Part shown: in pieces, positions 9,665 to 19,063 of the stretch
Position numbering within the stretch: position 1 is the stretch's first letter
Layout: each line of letters begins with the position of its first letter
NCBI GenBank assembly: GCA_963727805.1
Contig: CAVSHF010000005.1
Location: 640,001-704,000 of the forward strand
Reading direction: 5' to 3'
Length of the DNA: 64,000 bases
From: an uncultured Nitrospiraceae bacterium
Lineage (GTDB): Bacteria > Nitrospirota > Thermodesulfovibrionia > Thermodesulfovibrionales > Dissulfurispiraceae
Made by a program: the position numbers and the translations under genes
Notes under the pieces: generated by a model
What the model saw: only the letters and a program-made list of their open reading frames with translations
What the model was told of the DNA's origin: nothing
Database searches by the model: none

Positions 9665-11560
9665 TTAGACCGGCCCCCTCGGAACTGAATCCAAAAACTC
9701 CCACCGCTGATATGATGATGCGATCTCTTTTTCAAGTTTTTCCATTCTCGCCTTTGCTGCCGGCAGACTTACACTATGCTTTCGATAGAAGTCGGGGTTA
9801 GCAAGGGTATCATAGAGCCCTGCGCGCTCAGCTTCCAGAGATTCGATGAGTGCAGGTAAGCATTCGATCTCTTTAATCTCCTTGAAGGTCAGAGTTCGAG
9901 GACGCTCCCTCTGTGAGCGTGGCTTCCCCTGTTTTGCCGCCTTTTCCTTTGGTATCGGTGAAATAGGACCTCGCTGTCTCAGCCAATCATCGTATCCTCC
10001 CACGTATTCGGAGACCTCTCCAGCGCCTTCAAATACGATGGTGCTCGTTACGACGTTATTGAGAAACTCACGGTCATGGCTTACGAGAAGAACAGTGCCG
10101 TCATACTCCATAAGCATCTCTTCAAGCAGTTCCAGGGTATCGGTATCCAGATCATTCGTTGGCTCGTCCATCACTAATACGTTTGAGGGTTTTGTGAAGA
10201 GCTTTGCAAGGAGTGCCCTATTTCTCTCGCCACCGGACAAGACCCTTACCGGCAGTCGCGCGCGCTCAGCAGGGAAGAGGAAATCCTCAAGGTAACCAAT
10301 AATATGTCTCGTCTTTCCATTGACTATAACGTACTCAGATCCTTCAGCTACGTTGTCTATGACTGATTTGTCGTCAGCCAATTGTGCACGGTGCTGATCA
10401 AAATACGCGATCTCGAGTTTAGTCCCTCTGCGCACTAGGCCAGCTTGAGGCTCCAACAAGCCCAGAAGAATGCTGAGCAGTAAGGTCTTGCCCGAGCCAT
10501 TCGGGCCGATGATGCCAATCTTGTCCCCACGCATAATAGTCGTCGAAAAGTTGCGAATCAGAGGATGGCCCTCGTATCCGTAGCCAAGCCCTTCAGCCTC
10601 CAGAACCAGCTTGCCGGACCTTTCGGCCTCATTCAGCTTTATCGCGGCGCTGCCGGCCTGTTCGCGTCTCGCAAGACGTTCCCGGCGCATCTCCTTCAAC
10701 GCACTCACGCGTCCCTCGTTTCGGGTACGACGGGCCTTGATCCCCTGTCGTATCCATGCCTCCTCTTTTGCCAGTTTTTTGTCGAAGAGCGTTTTGTGCG
10801 CAGCCTCTGCATTAAGCTCGGCATGTCTTCTCATTAAGTAGGCGGCGTAATCGCCCGGCCAGTCGGTGAGGCGGCCACGGTCGAGTTCAATTATGCGTGT
10901 CGCCAGGGTCTGCAGAAACCTTCTGTCATGGGTTATAAATAGTATAGCTCCACGGAATTCACAAAGAAATTCCTCAAGCCAACCGATCGAAGTGATATCG
11001 AGATGGTTCGTCGGCTCGTCGAGCAGCAGCAGGTCCGGCTCGTTCACAAGGGCCCTCGCAAGGAGGACCCTCCTCTTATACCCCCCGGAGAGTTCGGCCA
11101 CAGATGCGTCGGAATCAAGGCTAAGGCGTGAAAGGATGGCCTGGACCTTCTGCTGCATCTGCCATCCGCCCGACGACTCGATAAGGTGCTGTATCCGCTC
11201 CAGTTCGGAGATACTGCCAGCATCATCACCGCGGGCAAGGCGGCTGCTAACAAAACGGTATTCCGACAGGAGGTCGACCATGCTTCCGAGTCCGCCGGCA
11301 ACTACCTCGAATACTGTTCCGGACAGGTCCTGCGGGACCTCCTGCGAGAGAGAGGCTGTCCGTACTCCCTGTGAGAAGATGACATCTCCGGCATCAGCAG
11401 TAATCTCACCGTTGATAATCTTCATGAGGGTGGACTTGCCCGCTCCATTTCTGCCGACAAGACCTACCCGCTCCGAACCCTCTATCTGCAGAGTCACTCC
11501 GTCAAGCAGCATGGGACCACCGAACGCGAGTCTCACCTGTTGCAAACTCATCAATGCCAC
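9665..11560 (-). CDS. uup: ABC-F family ATPase (Uup-like)
   Basis: Two NBDs (GRNGAGKS/LSGG/DEPTNHLD; GPNGSGKT/LSGGE/DEPTNDLD), linker WIRQGIKARRTRNEGRV, C-terminal coiled coil. Confidence 0.9.
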   Translation of the reverse strand: MALMSLQQVRLAFGGPMLLDGVTLQIEGSERVGLVGRNGAGKSTLMKIINGEITADAGDVIFSQGVRTASLSQEVPQDLSGTVFEVVAGGLGSMVDLLSEYRFVSSRLARGDDAGSISELERIQHLIESSGGWQMQQKVQAILSRLSLDSDASVAELSGGYKRRVLLARALVNEPDLLLLDEPTNHLDITSIGWLEEFLCEFRGAILFITHDRRFLQTLATRIIELDRGRLTDWPGDYAAYLMRRHAELNAEAAHKTLFDKKLAKEEAWIRQGIKARRTRNEGRVSALKEMRRERLARREQAGSAAIKLNEAERSGKLVLEAEGLGYGYEGHPLIRNFSTTIMRGDKIGIIGPNGSGKTLLLSILLGLLEPQAGLVRRGTKLEIAYFDQHRAQLADDKSVIDNVAEGSEYVIVNGKTRHIIGYLEDFLFPAERARLPVRVLSGGERNRALLAKLFTKPSNVLVMDEPTNDLDTDTLELLEEMLMEYDGTVLLVSHDREFLNNVVTSTIVFEGAGEVSEYVGGYDDWLRQRGPISPIPKEKAAKQGKPRSQRERPRTLTFKEIKEIECLPALIESLEAERAGLYDTLANPDFYRKHSVSLPAAKARMEKLEKEIASSYQRWEFLDSVPRGPV

Positions 11561-11599
11561 ATATTACCTCGAATAAAAGAAATAAAGCGGGGGAATTAA

Positions 11600-12094
11600 T
11601 TAATAATGCACAGAGGTTATGACAAAAGCAGCGGTACCATTAGGTCTGCTCACAACAACCTCGTCACCGTCTGTCTTACGCAACAACGCCTTCGCCATGG
11701 GGGATTCAATACTGATAAACCCCTTGTCGGCATCACTTTCATCAGGACCGACAATACGATACTTATATACCGTGCCTTCGATATCCTCGATTTCAACCCA
11801 GGCACCAAAATATACGGTTGATGTATCATCGGGGGTCCTGTCCACTACTGTCAGCTCACTCAATCGCTTTGAAAGAAAGCGAATGCGAGAATCGATCTGC
11901 CGTAACTGCTTTTTACCATAAATATAGTCTGCGTTCTCCGAACGGTCCCCCATAGCAGCGGCGTCAGCAACAGCCCGTGTAACCTGCGGGCGTTTTACCT
12001 TCCACAGATATGAAAGTTCCTCGCTTAAACGCTTCTGCCCGTCAGGGGTAATATATGATGAAACTTTTGCTTTGCCCGGTAATGGTTTTCTCAT
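11600..12094 (-). CDS. greB: transcription elongation factor GreB
   Basis: AAAMGDRSENADYIYGKKQLRQIDSRIRFL; ISIESPMAKAL. Confidence 0.95.
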   Translation of the reverse strand: MRKPLPGKAKVSSYITPDGQKRLSEELSYLWKVKRPQVTRAVADAAAMGDRSENADYIYGKKQLRQIDSRIRFLSKRLSELTVVDRTPDDTSTVYFGAWVEIEDIEGTVYKYRIVGPDESDADKGFISIESPMAKALLRKTDGDEVVVSRPNGTAAFVITSVHY

Positions 12095-12406
12095 CTGTCC
12101 TCAAACAGAACTGTTATTGTACAAGAGGCACCCGAAGAATAGAAACGATAGCGGTAGATTATTGTCCGTTCCGTATCATATCGTATCGTTTATTTTACCT
12201 GAGGGGATTGAAAAAGGTATACAATGCATAGATTTTTGAGATTGTATGGCTGACCTCACCCACTTGCCATTTTTTGCTCACACTCTGCTGCCCCTCTGCT
12301 ATTTTACGGGCTCTTTGTGGTAAAGTTTATGTACTGTCCGTGCGATACATTTGTAGGGGACCGGACAATCCTGAGTTCCATCAATCATCCAATAAGGAGT
12401 AGTCAT

Positions 12407-12610
12407 ATGGCAAAGTACACTGCGACAATCGACGAGGATACACGTCAGAGGATTCTTGAATTGCCGGGGAAAATACATTTCTCTGCCTTTATGCGAAAGG
12501 CGATTCTTGCCTTTGTTGAGGAACTTGAGAAGGACCCTGAGTTGACACCTGAGAATTTCATCATCACCCGTACAGCCCGGAAAGATCCGTCGACCAAAAA
12601 GAGACAATAA
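12407..12610 (+). CDS. small ribbon-helix-helix-like protein (67 aa)
   Basis: TAAGGAG RBS; beta strand KYTATI, helix DEDTRQRILEL, second helix FSAFMRKAILAFVEE. Confidence 0.6.
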   Translation: MAKYTATIDEDTRQRILELPGKIHFSAFMRKAILAFVEELEKDPELTPENFIITRTARKDPSTKKRQ

Positions 12611-12796
12611 CACATCGGGAAAAGCAGTTGTAGTCCTCACCTTCTTTATTCCGATCATTTCCAAGAAAACAAAATAATATGATATTCTAAGCAGACATGC
12701 TGCGATGAAAGCGGCTGTCAGGATCCTATCGTTCCTTAATAGATGCTTTGTTTGCACAATATAGAACACATTCGGACAAGATCACGGAGAAAAAAC

Positions 12797-13345
12797 ATGA
12801 AGAAGAAAGTCGTATTTGTTCTGGGGCCTGACAGGGCTGGCATTATCGCTGCTGTTTCGAAGACTCTCTTCGAACATGGCTGTAACCTCGAAGACGTGAG
12901 CCAGACCATCCTCCAGACGGAGTTCATGGGCATCTTCATAGCTTCGATGAATGACTCAAATAATGAAGACGAAGTACTTGCCGCGTTACAGGTAGAGATC
13001 GCCTCTCTGGGACTTTTTGTGCATATGAGGCCGCTGAGCTCCGGCCTCTCGCAGCAGCCAGCAGGCGAACCGTTCATCATCACTACGGTCGGCCCCGACA
13101 GGCCGGGACTCGTAGCCGGTATTACCGAGGTGCTAGCACAGCGTGGGGTGAATATCACGAACCTTAAGGCAGTGTCCAGGGGAGATGAAGATCGTCCGCA
13201 CTATATTATGATTTATGAGGTCGACGTTCCTCCTGCAACCGATCATCATGCCATGAGGACCGCCCTGTATGACCGGGCGCAGACGCTTGGACTGGACATC
13301 AACCTCCAGCACAGGGAAATCTTCGAACAAATCCATAGGGTATAA
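12797..13345 (+). CDS. double ACT-domain protein (GcvR-like)
   Basis: Two GPDRxGI/L-x-A ACT motifs; C-terminal QHREIFEQIHRV typical of the DUF711 partner. Confidence 0.88.
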   Translation: MKKKVVFVLGPDRAGIIAAVSKTLFEHGCNLEDVSQTILQTEFMGIFIASMNDSNNEDEVLAALQVEIASLGLFVHMRPLSSGLSQQPAGEPFIITTVGPDRPGLVAGITEVLAQRGVNITNLKAVSRGDEDRPHYIMIYEVDVPPATDHHAMRTALYDRAQTLGLDINLQHREIFEQIHRV

Positions 13346-13349
13346 AGAA

Positions 13350-14723
13350 ATGCTGACTGAACGTGAAATTATCGCAACCCTTGAAATGCTCAGAAACGAA
13401 AATCTGGATGTTCGCACAGTGACGCTGGGCGTAAGCCTCTTCGATTGTGCAAGTCACGATGTGGAACGTTTCATTTCAAATGTGAGAGGAAAGATAATTC
13501 GCCTTGCGCGAAACCTTGTGGATACCTGCGACGACGTCGGGCTCCGTTACGGCATCCCTGTCGTAAATAAGCGGATTTCCGTCAGCCCTATCGCGGTAGC
13601 CGCCTGCAACTTTTCGGCCGGAGAGATGTGTAAGATCGCATCGGCACTTGATAATGTAGCCCGACAGCTCAGAATCGACTTCATCGGTGGCTTTAGCGCC
13701 CTCGTTGAAAAAGGCTTTACTAAAGGAGATCTGGCCCTCATCGAAGCGATCCCCGATGCCCTCGCAGAGACGGAGCGTGTATGCTCGTCTGTAAATGTAG
13801 CATCAACTCACTCCGGTATCAACATGGACGCGGTAGCGCTCATGGGAAGGACAATCAGACGTGCAGCCGAAATCACCGCTGCCCGTGATGGGATAGGCTG
13901 CGCTAAACTCGTTGTCTTCGCCAACATTCCCCAGGACGTGCCTTTCATGGCCGGAGCTTATCTTGGCGTGGGTGAGCCCGATGCGGTGATCAATGTAGGA
14001 GTCAGTGGACCGGGTGTCGTAAAAAAGGCGATCGATCGCGCCCGCATATCAAATCCAACCCTTGATTTGGGCCAGATTTCCGAGACAATCAAGCGGACTG
14101 CCTTCAAAGTAACTCGCGTCGGAGAACTTATTGGAAGAAAGGTTGCTGCAAAGCTTGGGATTCCCTTCGGCGTAGTGGACCTTTCGCTCGCACCTACACC
14201 GAATGTCGGTGACAGTGTCGGTGAGATTTTTCAGAGCCTTGGCCTTAAAAGTATCGGCAATCCGGGCTCGACCGCCGTTCTCGCCATGCTGAACGATGCG
14301 GTAAAGAAGGGAGGCATCTTTGCCAGTTCTTACGTCGGTGGACTGAGCGGCGCCTTCATCCCGATAAGCGAGGACCTGAACATTGCTGAAGCGGCAAGAA
14401 AAGGACACCTAACCATCGAGAAGCTCGAGGCGATGACCAGCGTTTGCTCCGTAGGGCTTGATATGGTTGCTATCCCCGGATCTACCTCAGCGGAGACTAT
14501 CGCGGGCATCATCGCCGATGAAATGGCGATCGGCGTTGTAAACAGCAAGGCCACGGCAGCGCGGCTTATCCCTGTACCGGGGAAAAAAGCGGGCGATCGT
14601 GCATCCTTCGGAGGACTGCTCGGTGAGGCAACGATAATCGATATCCCCGATGATGGTGGATCAGCAGGCTTTATTGCGCTTGGCGGCAGGATTCCTGCCC
14701 CGGTACAGAGCTTCAAAAACTAG
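13350..14723 (+). CDS. UPF0210/DUF711 (PFL-family) protein
   Basis: ENLDVRTVTLG, GIPVVNKRISVSP, PFMAGA, VDLSLAPTP, LEAMTSVCSVGLDM, GGRIPAPVQSFKN. Confidence 0.92.
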   Translation: MLTEREIIATLEMLRNENLDVRTVTLGVSLFDCASHDVERFISNVRGKIIRLARNLVDTCDDVGLRYGIPVVNKRISVSPIAVAACNFSAGEMCKIASALDNVARQLRIDFIGGFSALVEKGFTKGDLALIEAIPDALAETERVCSSVNVASTHSGINMDAVALMGRTIRRAAEITAARDGIGCAKLVVFANIPQDVPFMAGAYLGVGEPDAVINVGVSGPGVVKKAIDRARISNPTLDLGQISETIKRTAFKVTRVGELIGRKVAAKLGIPFGVVDLSLAPTPNVGDSVGEIFQSLGLKSIGNPGSTAVLAMLNDAVKKGGIFASSYVGGLSGAFIPISEDLNIAEAARKGHLTIEKLEAMTSVCSVGLDMVAIPGSTSAETIAGIIADEMAIGVVNSKATAARLIPVPGKKAGDRASFGGLLGEATIIDIPDDGGSAGFIALGGRIPAPVQSFKN

Positions 14724-14759
14724 ACCCAATGGTAATTCTCAAAAACGAGGAAGATTGCG

Positions 14760-15056
14760 ATGACACAACAAAGAGACGATGATCAAATCAAGCGGGATTT
14801 TGCAATGCGGCGACGCCGTCAGCTGCTCGCCATACCGGCAACATTTATTTTCCTGTTAATGCTTGCACTGATTTCTAACCGTCCGGATGTCTTCGGGGAA
14901 TTTTCAAGAAACGATATCCTTGCAACCCAGATTCTGCTTTTGGCTTCCTTCGTCGGATTTAGCGCTATTAACTGGAAATGTCCTTCATGTAAAACGTATC
15001 TGGGTCCTGACCTCGGTAGACGCATCTGTAAACAGTGCGGGGCCAGATTGCGATAA
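14760..15056 (+). CDS. small 2-TM membrane protein with C-terminal Zn-ribbon
   Basis: Two hydrophobic helices followed by CPSC...CKQC; GAGG RBS. Confidence 0.75.
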   Translation: MTQQRDDDQIKRDFAMRRRRQLLAIPATFIFLLMLALISNRPDVFGEFSRNDILATQILLLASFVGFSAINWKCPSCKTYLGPDLGRRICKQCGARLR

Positions 15057-15093
15057 CAGGCATTTATTGAGTATCGGAGCTAAAATAATATAG

Positions 15094-15125
15094 TGGGATG
15101 GCGATTCATAATAATCGCCATCCCA
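15094..15125. terminator. hairpin terminator between convergent genes
   Basis: 13-bp perfect inverted repeat TGGGATGGCGATT/AATCGCCATCCCA. Confidence 0.75.
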
Positions 15126-15143
15126 ATGTTACTTTTGATATTG

Positions 15144-16487
15144 TCAGCGCTTAGCGAGCGGTATATATGTTTTCTTCCCTTTTAATGATGTAACATAGGA
15201 CGGCCTGATAATCCTGCCCTGAATGAGTTCCTCAATCCTGTGGGCGGACCAACCCGCCACCCTCGCCATGGCAAATATCGGAGTAAAAAGATTTTTCGGT
15301 ATGCCCATGCACCGGTAGACAAAGCCTGAGTAAAAATCTACATTAGTACAGACGATTTTGCCTTTCTTGGCCCTAACAAGTTGCGGTGCTATCGTCGCAA
15401 TCTTCTTATAGAGCGAAAACTCTTCATCTCGCTTGGCGGCTTTTGCAAGTTCCCCTGCTTTTGCCTCAAGATAGACGGCACGCGGGTCTGATACGGTATA
15501 CACCGCATGCCCCAGGCCATAAAGCTTTCCGGACCTGTCTCCCGCCTTTTTATCAAGTATCATATCAAGGTATGCAGTCACTTCTTCGTCGTTTTCCCAA
15601 TTCTTGACTTTCCTTTTGATATCACTCATCATCCCGATTACAGCCTCGTTAGCACCTCCGTGCAAGTGACCCGAAAGCGATCCAATCCCTGCGCAGATTG
15701 CCATATATGAATTCGCTCCCGAAGAGGACACACACCGGGTTGAGAACGTTGAATTATTTCCGCCGCCATGCTCGGCGTGAAATATCAACATAGTGTCGAA
15801 AAGTTCCGCTGTTGCCCTGTCCGGAGCTTCACCGAAAAGCAGGTAGAGAAAGTTTTCGGCCACACTCATGTTCGGGTCTGGCTCTTTCAACTTATTGATG
15901 TCCTTTTTTTCCATCTTCGCCGTTAGGTAGTTGTACGCGATTATAGTCGGGAACTTCGCGATAAGGTCGAGGCATTGGCGTGTTACATCGTGCATATCGG
16001 TAGAATTTGGATTTTTATCAAATAGATGCATGGCCGACACAATCGTATGCAGGGACCCCATCTGGTCGTCGTGCCGGGGCCTATTGAGCATCATGTGCGT
16101 CACTTCGATAGGAAGTGCACGCCTTTTGGCGAGAAGTTGGGAAAAGGGCTTCAGGTCCTGCTTTGATGGGAGCGTACCCGTCAGGAGCAGGTAGACAGTC
16201 TCTTCAAAGCCAAATCTTTTCTCTTTTTCCTTTTCCCCTACCAGGTCGGCGACGTCATAACCGCAATAGAAGAGTTTGCCCGGTATGGGATTGACCCTTT
16301 CCGTGCCATCGCCATGAGCGACCTTCTCATAGCCAATAACTTGTCCTTTGCTCGTAATGCCTACAAATACGCCCGTGCCATCCTCATTCCTGAGGCCCAG
16401 CTTGATGTTCTTCTCCTCGATGATCCGCGGATCGACTTTATCATGAAGCAAAGAGAGTTCTTGAACCTTTTTAAGTACCCCATCCAT
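15144..16487 (-). CDS. gltA: citrate synthase
   Basis: HAEHGGGNNSTF, GHLHGGAN, YGLGHAVY..DPRA, NVDFYSG, FAMARVAGWSAH; start at MDGVLKK after AGGGG. Confidence 0.9.
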   Translation of the reverse strand: MDGVLKKVQELSLLHDKVDPRIIEEKNIKLGLRNEDGTGVFVGITSKGQVIGYEKVAHGDGTERVNPIPGKLFYCGYDVADLVGEKEKEKRFGFEETVYLLLTGTLPSKQDLKPFSQLLAKRRALPIEVTHMMLNRPRHDDQMGSLHTIVSAMHLFDKNPNSTDMHDVTRQCLDLIAKFPTIIAYNYLTAKMEKKDINKLKEPDPNMSVAENFLYLLFGEAPDRATAELFDTMLIFHAEHGGGNNSTFSTRCVSSSGANSYMAICAGIGSLSGHLHGGANEAVIGMMSDIKRKVKNWENDEEVTAYLDMILDKKAGDRSGKLYGLGHAVYTVSDPRAVYLEAKAGELAKAAKRDEEFSLYKKIATIAPQLVRAKKGKIVCTNVDFYSGFVYRCMGIPKNLFTPIFAMARVAGWSAHRIEELIQGRIIRPSYVTSLKGKKTYIPLAKR

Positions 16488-16725
16488 ATACCATGTCCCC
16501 TTTGACAGATTCTTTACTATATCTATTAAAATATTTTTTTGCATAACAATGCAACTTAATCTCGTCACTAAGCAATAAATCACTTTCATCAGGGATCTTT
16601 ATTGACCCTCTATTTGGATTTGCAGACTAAATCGTTTCCCCCCCGAGTTGCCAATAGAATCTGGATGCTGTAAAATTCAAGCAAGTGCAGATGGGGCCTT
16701 CAATCAATGCAATGCGAGGTGAAAG

Positions 16726-18030
16726 ATGACTAATACACTGATAGAACACGGGTTGCCGTTGATCCAAGACGCAGAACTGAACGGGAAAATTGTCCTTGTC
16801 CGTTTCGACCATAATGTGGTCAAGAAAGGCGAAATCAGAGACCCCTTCAGGATCGACAGGACCATCGGGACGCTATTTCACATAGTAGAGCGGGGCGGAA
16901 GACCTATAATGATGAGCCACGTGGGCAGACCCAAGGAAAAGAAGACCGGCGTCATTGTGTGCAGGCCCGAAGAATCAGTGGAACCGATTGTACAATACCT
17001 GGAGCAAAAGCTCCATACCAAAATACATGTCCCGCGATTTCCTGTCGACAGTGATAAGGGGATAACCGGGATCGATACCTCGATCAACCTTGCCATCAGG
17101 GAACTCCGGGAGAGGAGGCTCGGCGGCATCTATCTTCCGAATTCGCGATGGTTCCAAGGCGAAGAGTCGAAAGAAGAGGTGGCCGAAAACCTTGCCCTGC
17201 AGCTTGCTGGATTGGCGGATATTTATATCAACGATGCCTTTGGATCATGGCAGCCCCATGCATCGACTTATAACATTACCCGTTATCTTCCTTCCTATGC
17301 GGGGTTCCTGATGCAGCAGGAGATCCAGAACCTGGACAGGGTGCTTGCCCCTGATAGACCTTTCCTTGCGGTCGTCGCAGGCTCTAAATACGATACAAAA
17401 ATCAGGCCTCTTTACTCGATATATGAAAAAGTGGATCATCTTATTCTCGGAGGAGTTATCTATAACACCTATCTTTGTGCAAAATACAATATAAGCATAA
17501 AGGGTGTTCTTGATGAAGATATCAAACTGGCAAAGGAGTTGGTCGAGAAGGATCGGACTCAGAAAAAGATTGTCGAACTCCCCTCTATTGTTGAGTCGGA
17601 TACCCTGGAGGGAAGATTAGAAGGCAGCTACCGGACAATATCCGTAAAGGACTTCACACCGGGAAGCACTTACGGCTATATCCTCGATATCGATCCCTCA
17701 TCCTTTGAAGACGGTGCAGTTGCAGCTGCTATCGCCGCTGCAAAAACGATCTTTGTCAACGCGGTCATGGGGTTCACACCCCATTTCACAGCGGGCTCGC
17801 AGGCCCTCGACAACACCATAGATAGAAACAGCACCGCCATGAAGATGTATGGGGGGGGTGACACACTACAGGAGTTCAAGGACCTTTGCCCCGGGCTCTA
17901 TCTGTCGGTGATGGACAATACGAATTACTACTTCTTCACCGGCGGCGGGACTGTTCTGACCGCCATTGAGCAAGGCAGCCCTTATGGATTAAAGCCTGTT
18001 GAGGCACTAATAGCAGCAGCGAAAAAATAG
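16726..18030 (+). CDS. pgk: phosphoglycerate kinase (divergent subfamily)
   Basis: VLVRFDHNV, SHVGRP, INDAFG, GGGDT, TGGG; several motifs deviate from canonical PGK. Confidence 0.85.
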   Translation: MTNTLIEHGLPLIQDAELNGKIVLVRFDHNVVKKGEIRDPFRIDRTIGTLFHIVERGGRPIMMSHVGRPKEKKTGVIVCRPEESVEPIVQYLEQKLHTKIHVPRFPVDSDKGITGIDTSINLAIRELRERRLGGIYLPNSRWFQGEESKEEVAENLALQLAGLADIYINDAFGSWQPHASTYNITRYLPSYAGFLMQQEIQNLDRVLAPDRPFLAVVAGSKYDTKIRPLYSIYEKVDHLILGGVIYNTYLCAKYNISIKGVLDEDIKLAKELVEKDRTQKKIVELPSIVESDTLEGRLEGSYRTISVKDFTPGSTYGYILDIDPSSFEDGAVAAAIAAAKTIFVNAVMGFTPHFTAGSQALDNTIDRNSTAMKMYGGGDTLQEFKDLCPGLYLSVMDNTNYYFFTGGGTVLTAIEQGSPYGLKPVEALIAAAKK

Positions 18031-18080
18031 GGCTTCGTGGTCTTCGAATGCCTTTCTCTGTCCCAGTGATCACCTCGACA

Positions 18081-18283
18081 ATTGAGCCTACCGTTGTCTC
18101 GTGAAGTACTCACCACTTAACATCAGGGAACGGTTGCAGAGGAGCTTCACGATTCGCAGACTCCAGCGCACTGCCCGTTTGCCCACAGAGCGTCTTACCA
18201 TAGTCTCCTACCTGGGCAACCCCGAGCAGGAGAGGGACAGCTATTCATGGATGTGCGCTTTGATTCGGGCAGTCCCTGCCATA
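18081..18283 (-). ncRNA. putative TnpB omegaRNA scaffold (18283-18101) plus about 20-nt flanking guide (18100-18081)
   Basis: 5' hairpin GGCAG-GGA-CTGCC; CAGGGA (18278-18273) complementary to TCCCTG (18129-18124); ends in TTCAC. Confidence 0.55.
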
Positions 18284-18398
18284 TTTGAGACTCCTTTCTG
18301 AGTCATATGGGTTTCTACTTGTTTGCCACAACAGTTCCGTTCAGCAATGCCCTGATTCTTTTGTTCTTGATAACTAGTGAGGCATTGTAGTCGTCCTT
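18101..18398 (-). mobile_element. IS200/IS605-family right-end remnant (tnpB 3' fragment plus omegaRNA-like region)
   Basis: Minus strand encodes KDDYNASLVIKNKRIRALLNG (TnpB RuvC-III-like D-x-N-A), then GGCAGGGACTGCC hairpin ... GAAGCTCC ... GAGTACTTCAC terminus. Confidence 0.72.
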
Positions 18399-18785
18399 GC
18401 CTCAGTCAATATAAAAGATCTCTCTTACGAGTTCGACATCCGCAGAGCTAGCAAGTTTGCCGGCTAGCCCGCTACCAACAGCGTCTGCGACGCCAGCAAG
18501 GCTTCTTTTTCATTGAACGATAGCTTCATCATTCGGGACACGAAAGAGATATGAATCCATCACACTCATGACGGACAAAACCGTTATCGCTTGCATCAAA
18601 AGACTGTATGGAGATCATTTCACCTCCCAGAGGATTTTCACGTGACTTCTCGCTCGTATGACTCCCCATACTGCTATTACTATCCTAACTTTTAGTCCCT
18701 AATATCTACACTATTATTTTAATTATCGGTCATTCGGCAGATATCATGGATACGGATTTGGCTTCTGGCAATAGCGGGGCGTAAA

Positions 18786-18980
18786 TTAGTGAATAATCTC
18801 TTTTACCCGGCCCACTGCTCCGCTTTCGAGACGCACTTTGATGCCGTGTTGATGTGAAGGTGATTTGGTCAGGATATCTTTTACAATTCCTTCTGTCGAT
18901 TTCCCAGTCCGCTGGTCATTCTTCAATACAATCGAGACATGTAATCCCGGCTTGATATCGGCACGTCTCGTCCCATTCAT
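18786..18980 (-). CDS. YwbE/DUF2196 family protein
   Basis: MNGTRRADIKPGLHVSIVLKNDQRTGKSTEGIVKDILTKSPSHQHGIKVRLESGAVGRVKEI. Confidence 0.9.
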   Translation of the reverse strand: MNGTRRADIKPGLHVSIVLKNDQRTGKSTEGIVKDILTKSPSHQHGIKVRLESGAVGRVKEIIH

Positions 18981-19063
18981 AATTTGCTTTCCTTTTAGTC
19001 TATATAAAATTGTGAACACATTACAAAACTCTTGCAGAACCCGCAGATTGATTATTTCAGATA

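Noticed and set aside
10866..11576. 236-aa plus-strand ORF
   Set aside because: Antisense shadow of the ABC-F gene.
18402..18596. Minus-strand frame MQAITV...IVQ-TGA-KRSLAG...FYID as a selenoprotein
   Set aside because: No redox-type motif around the TGA, no convincing SECIS or RBS; more likely degraded or non-coding DNA.
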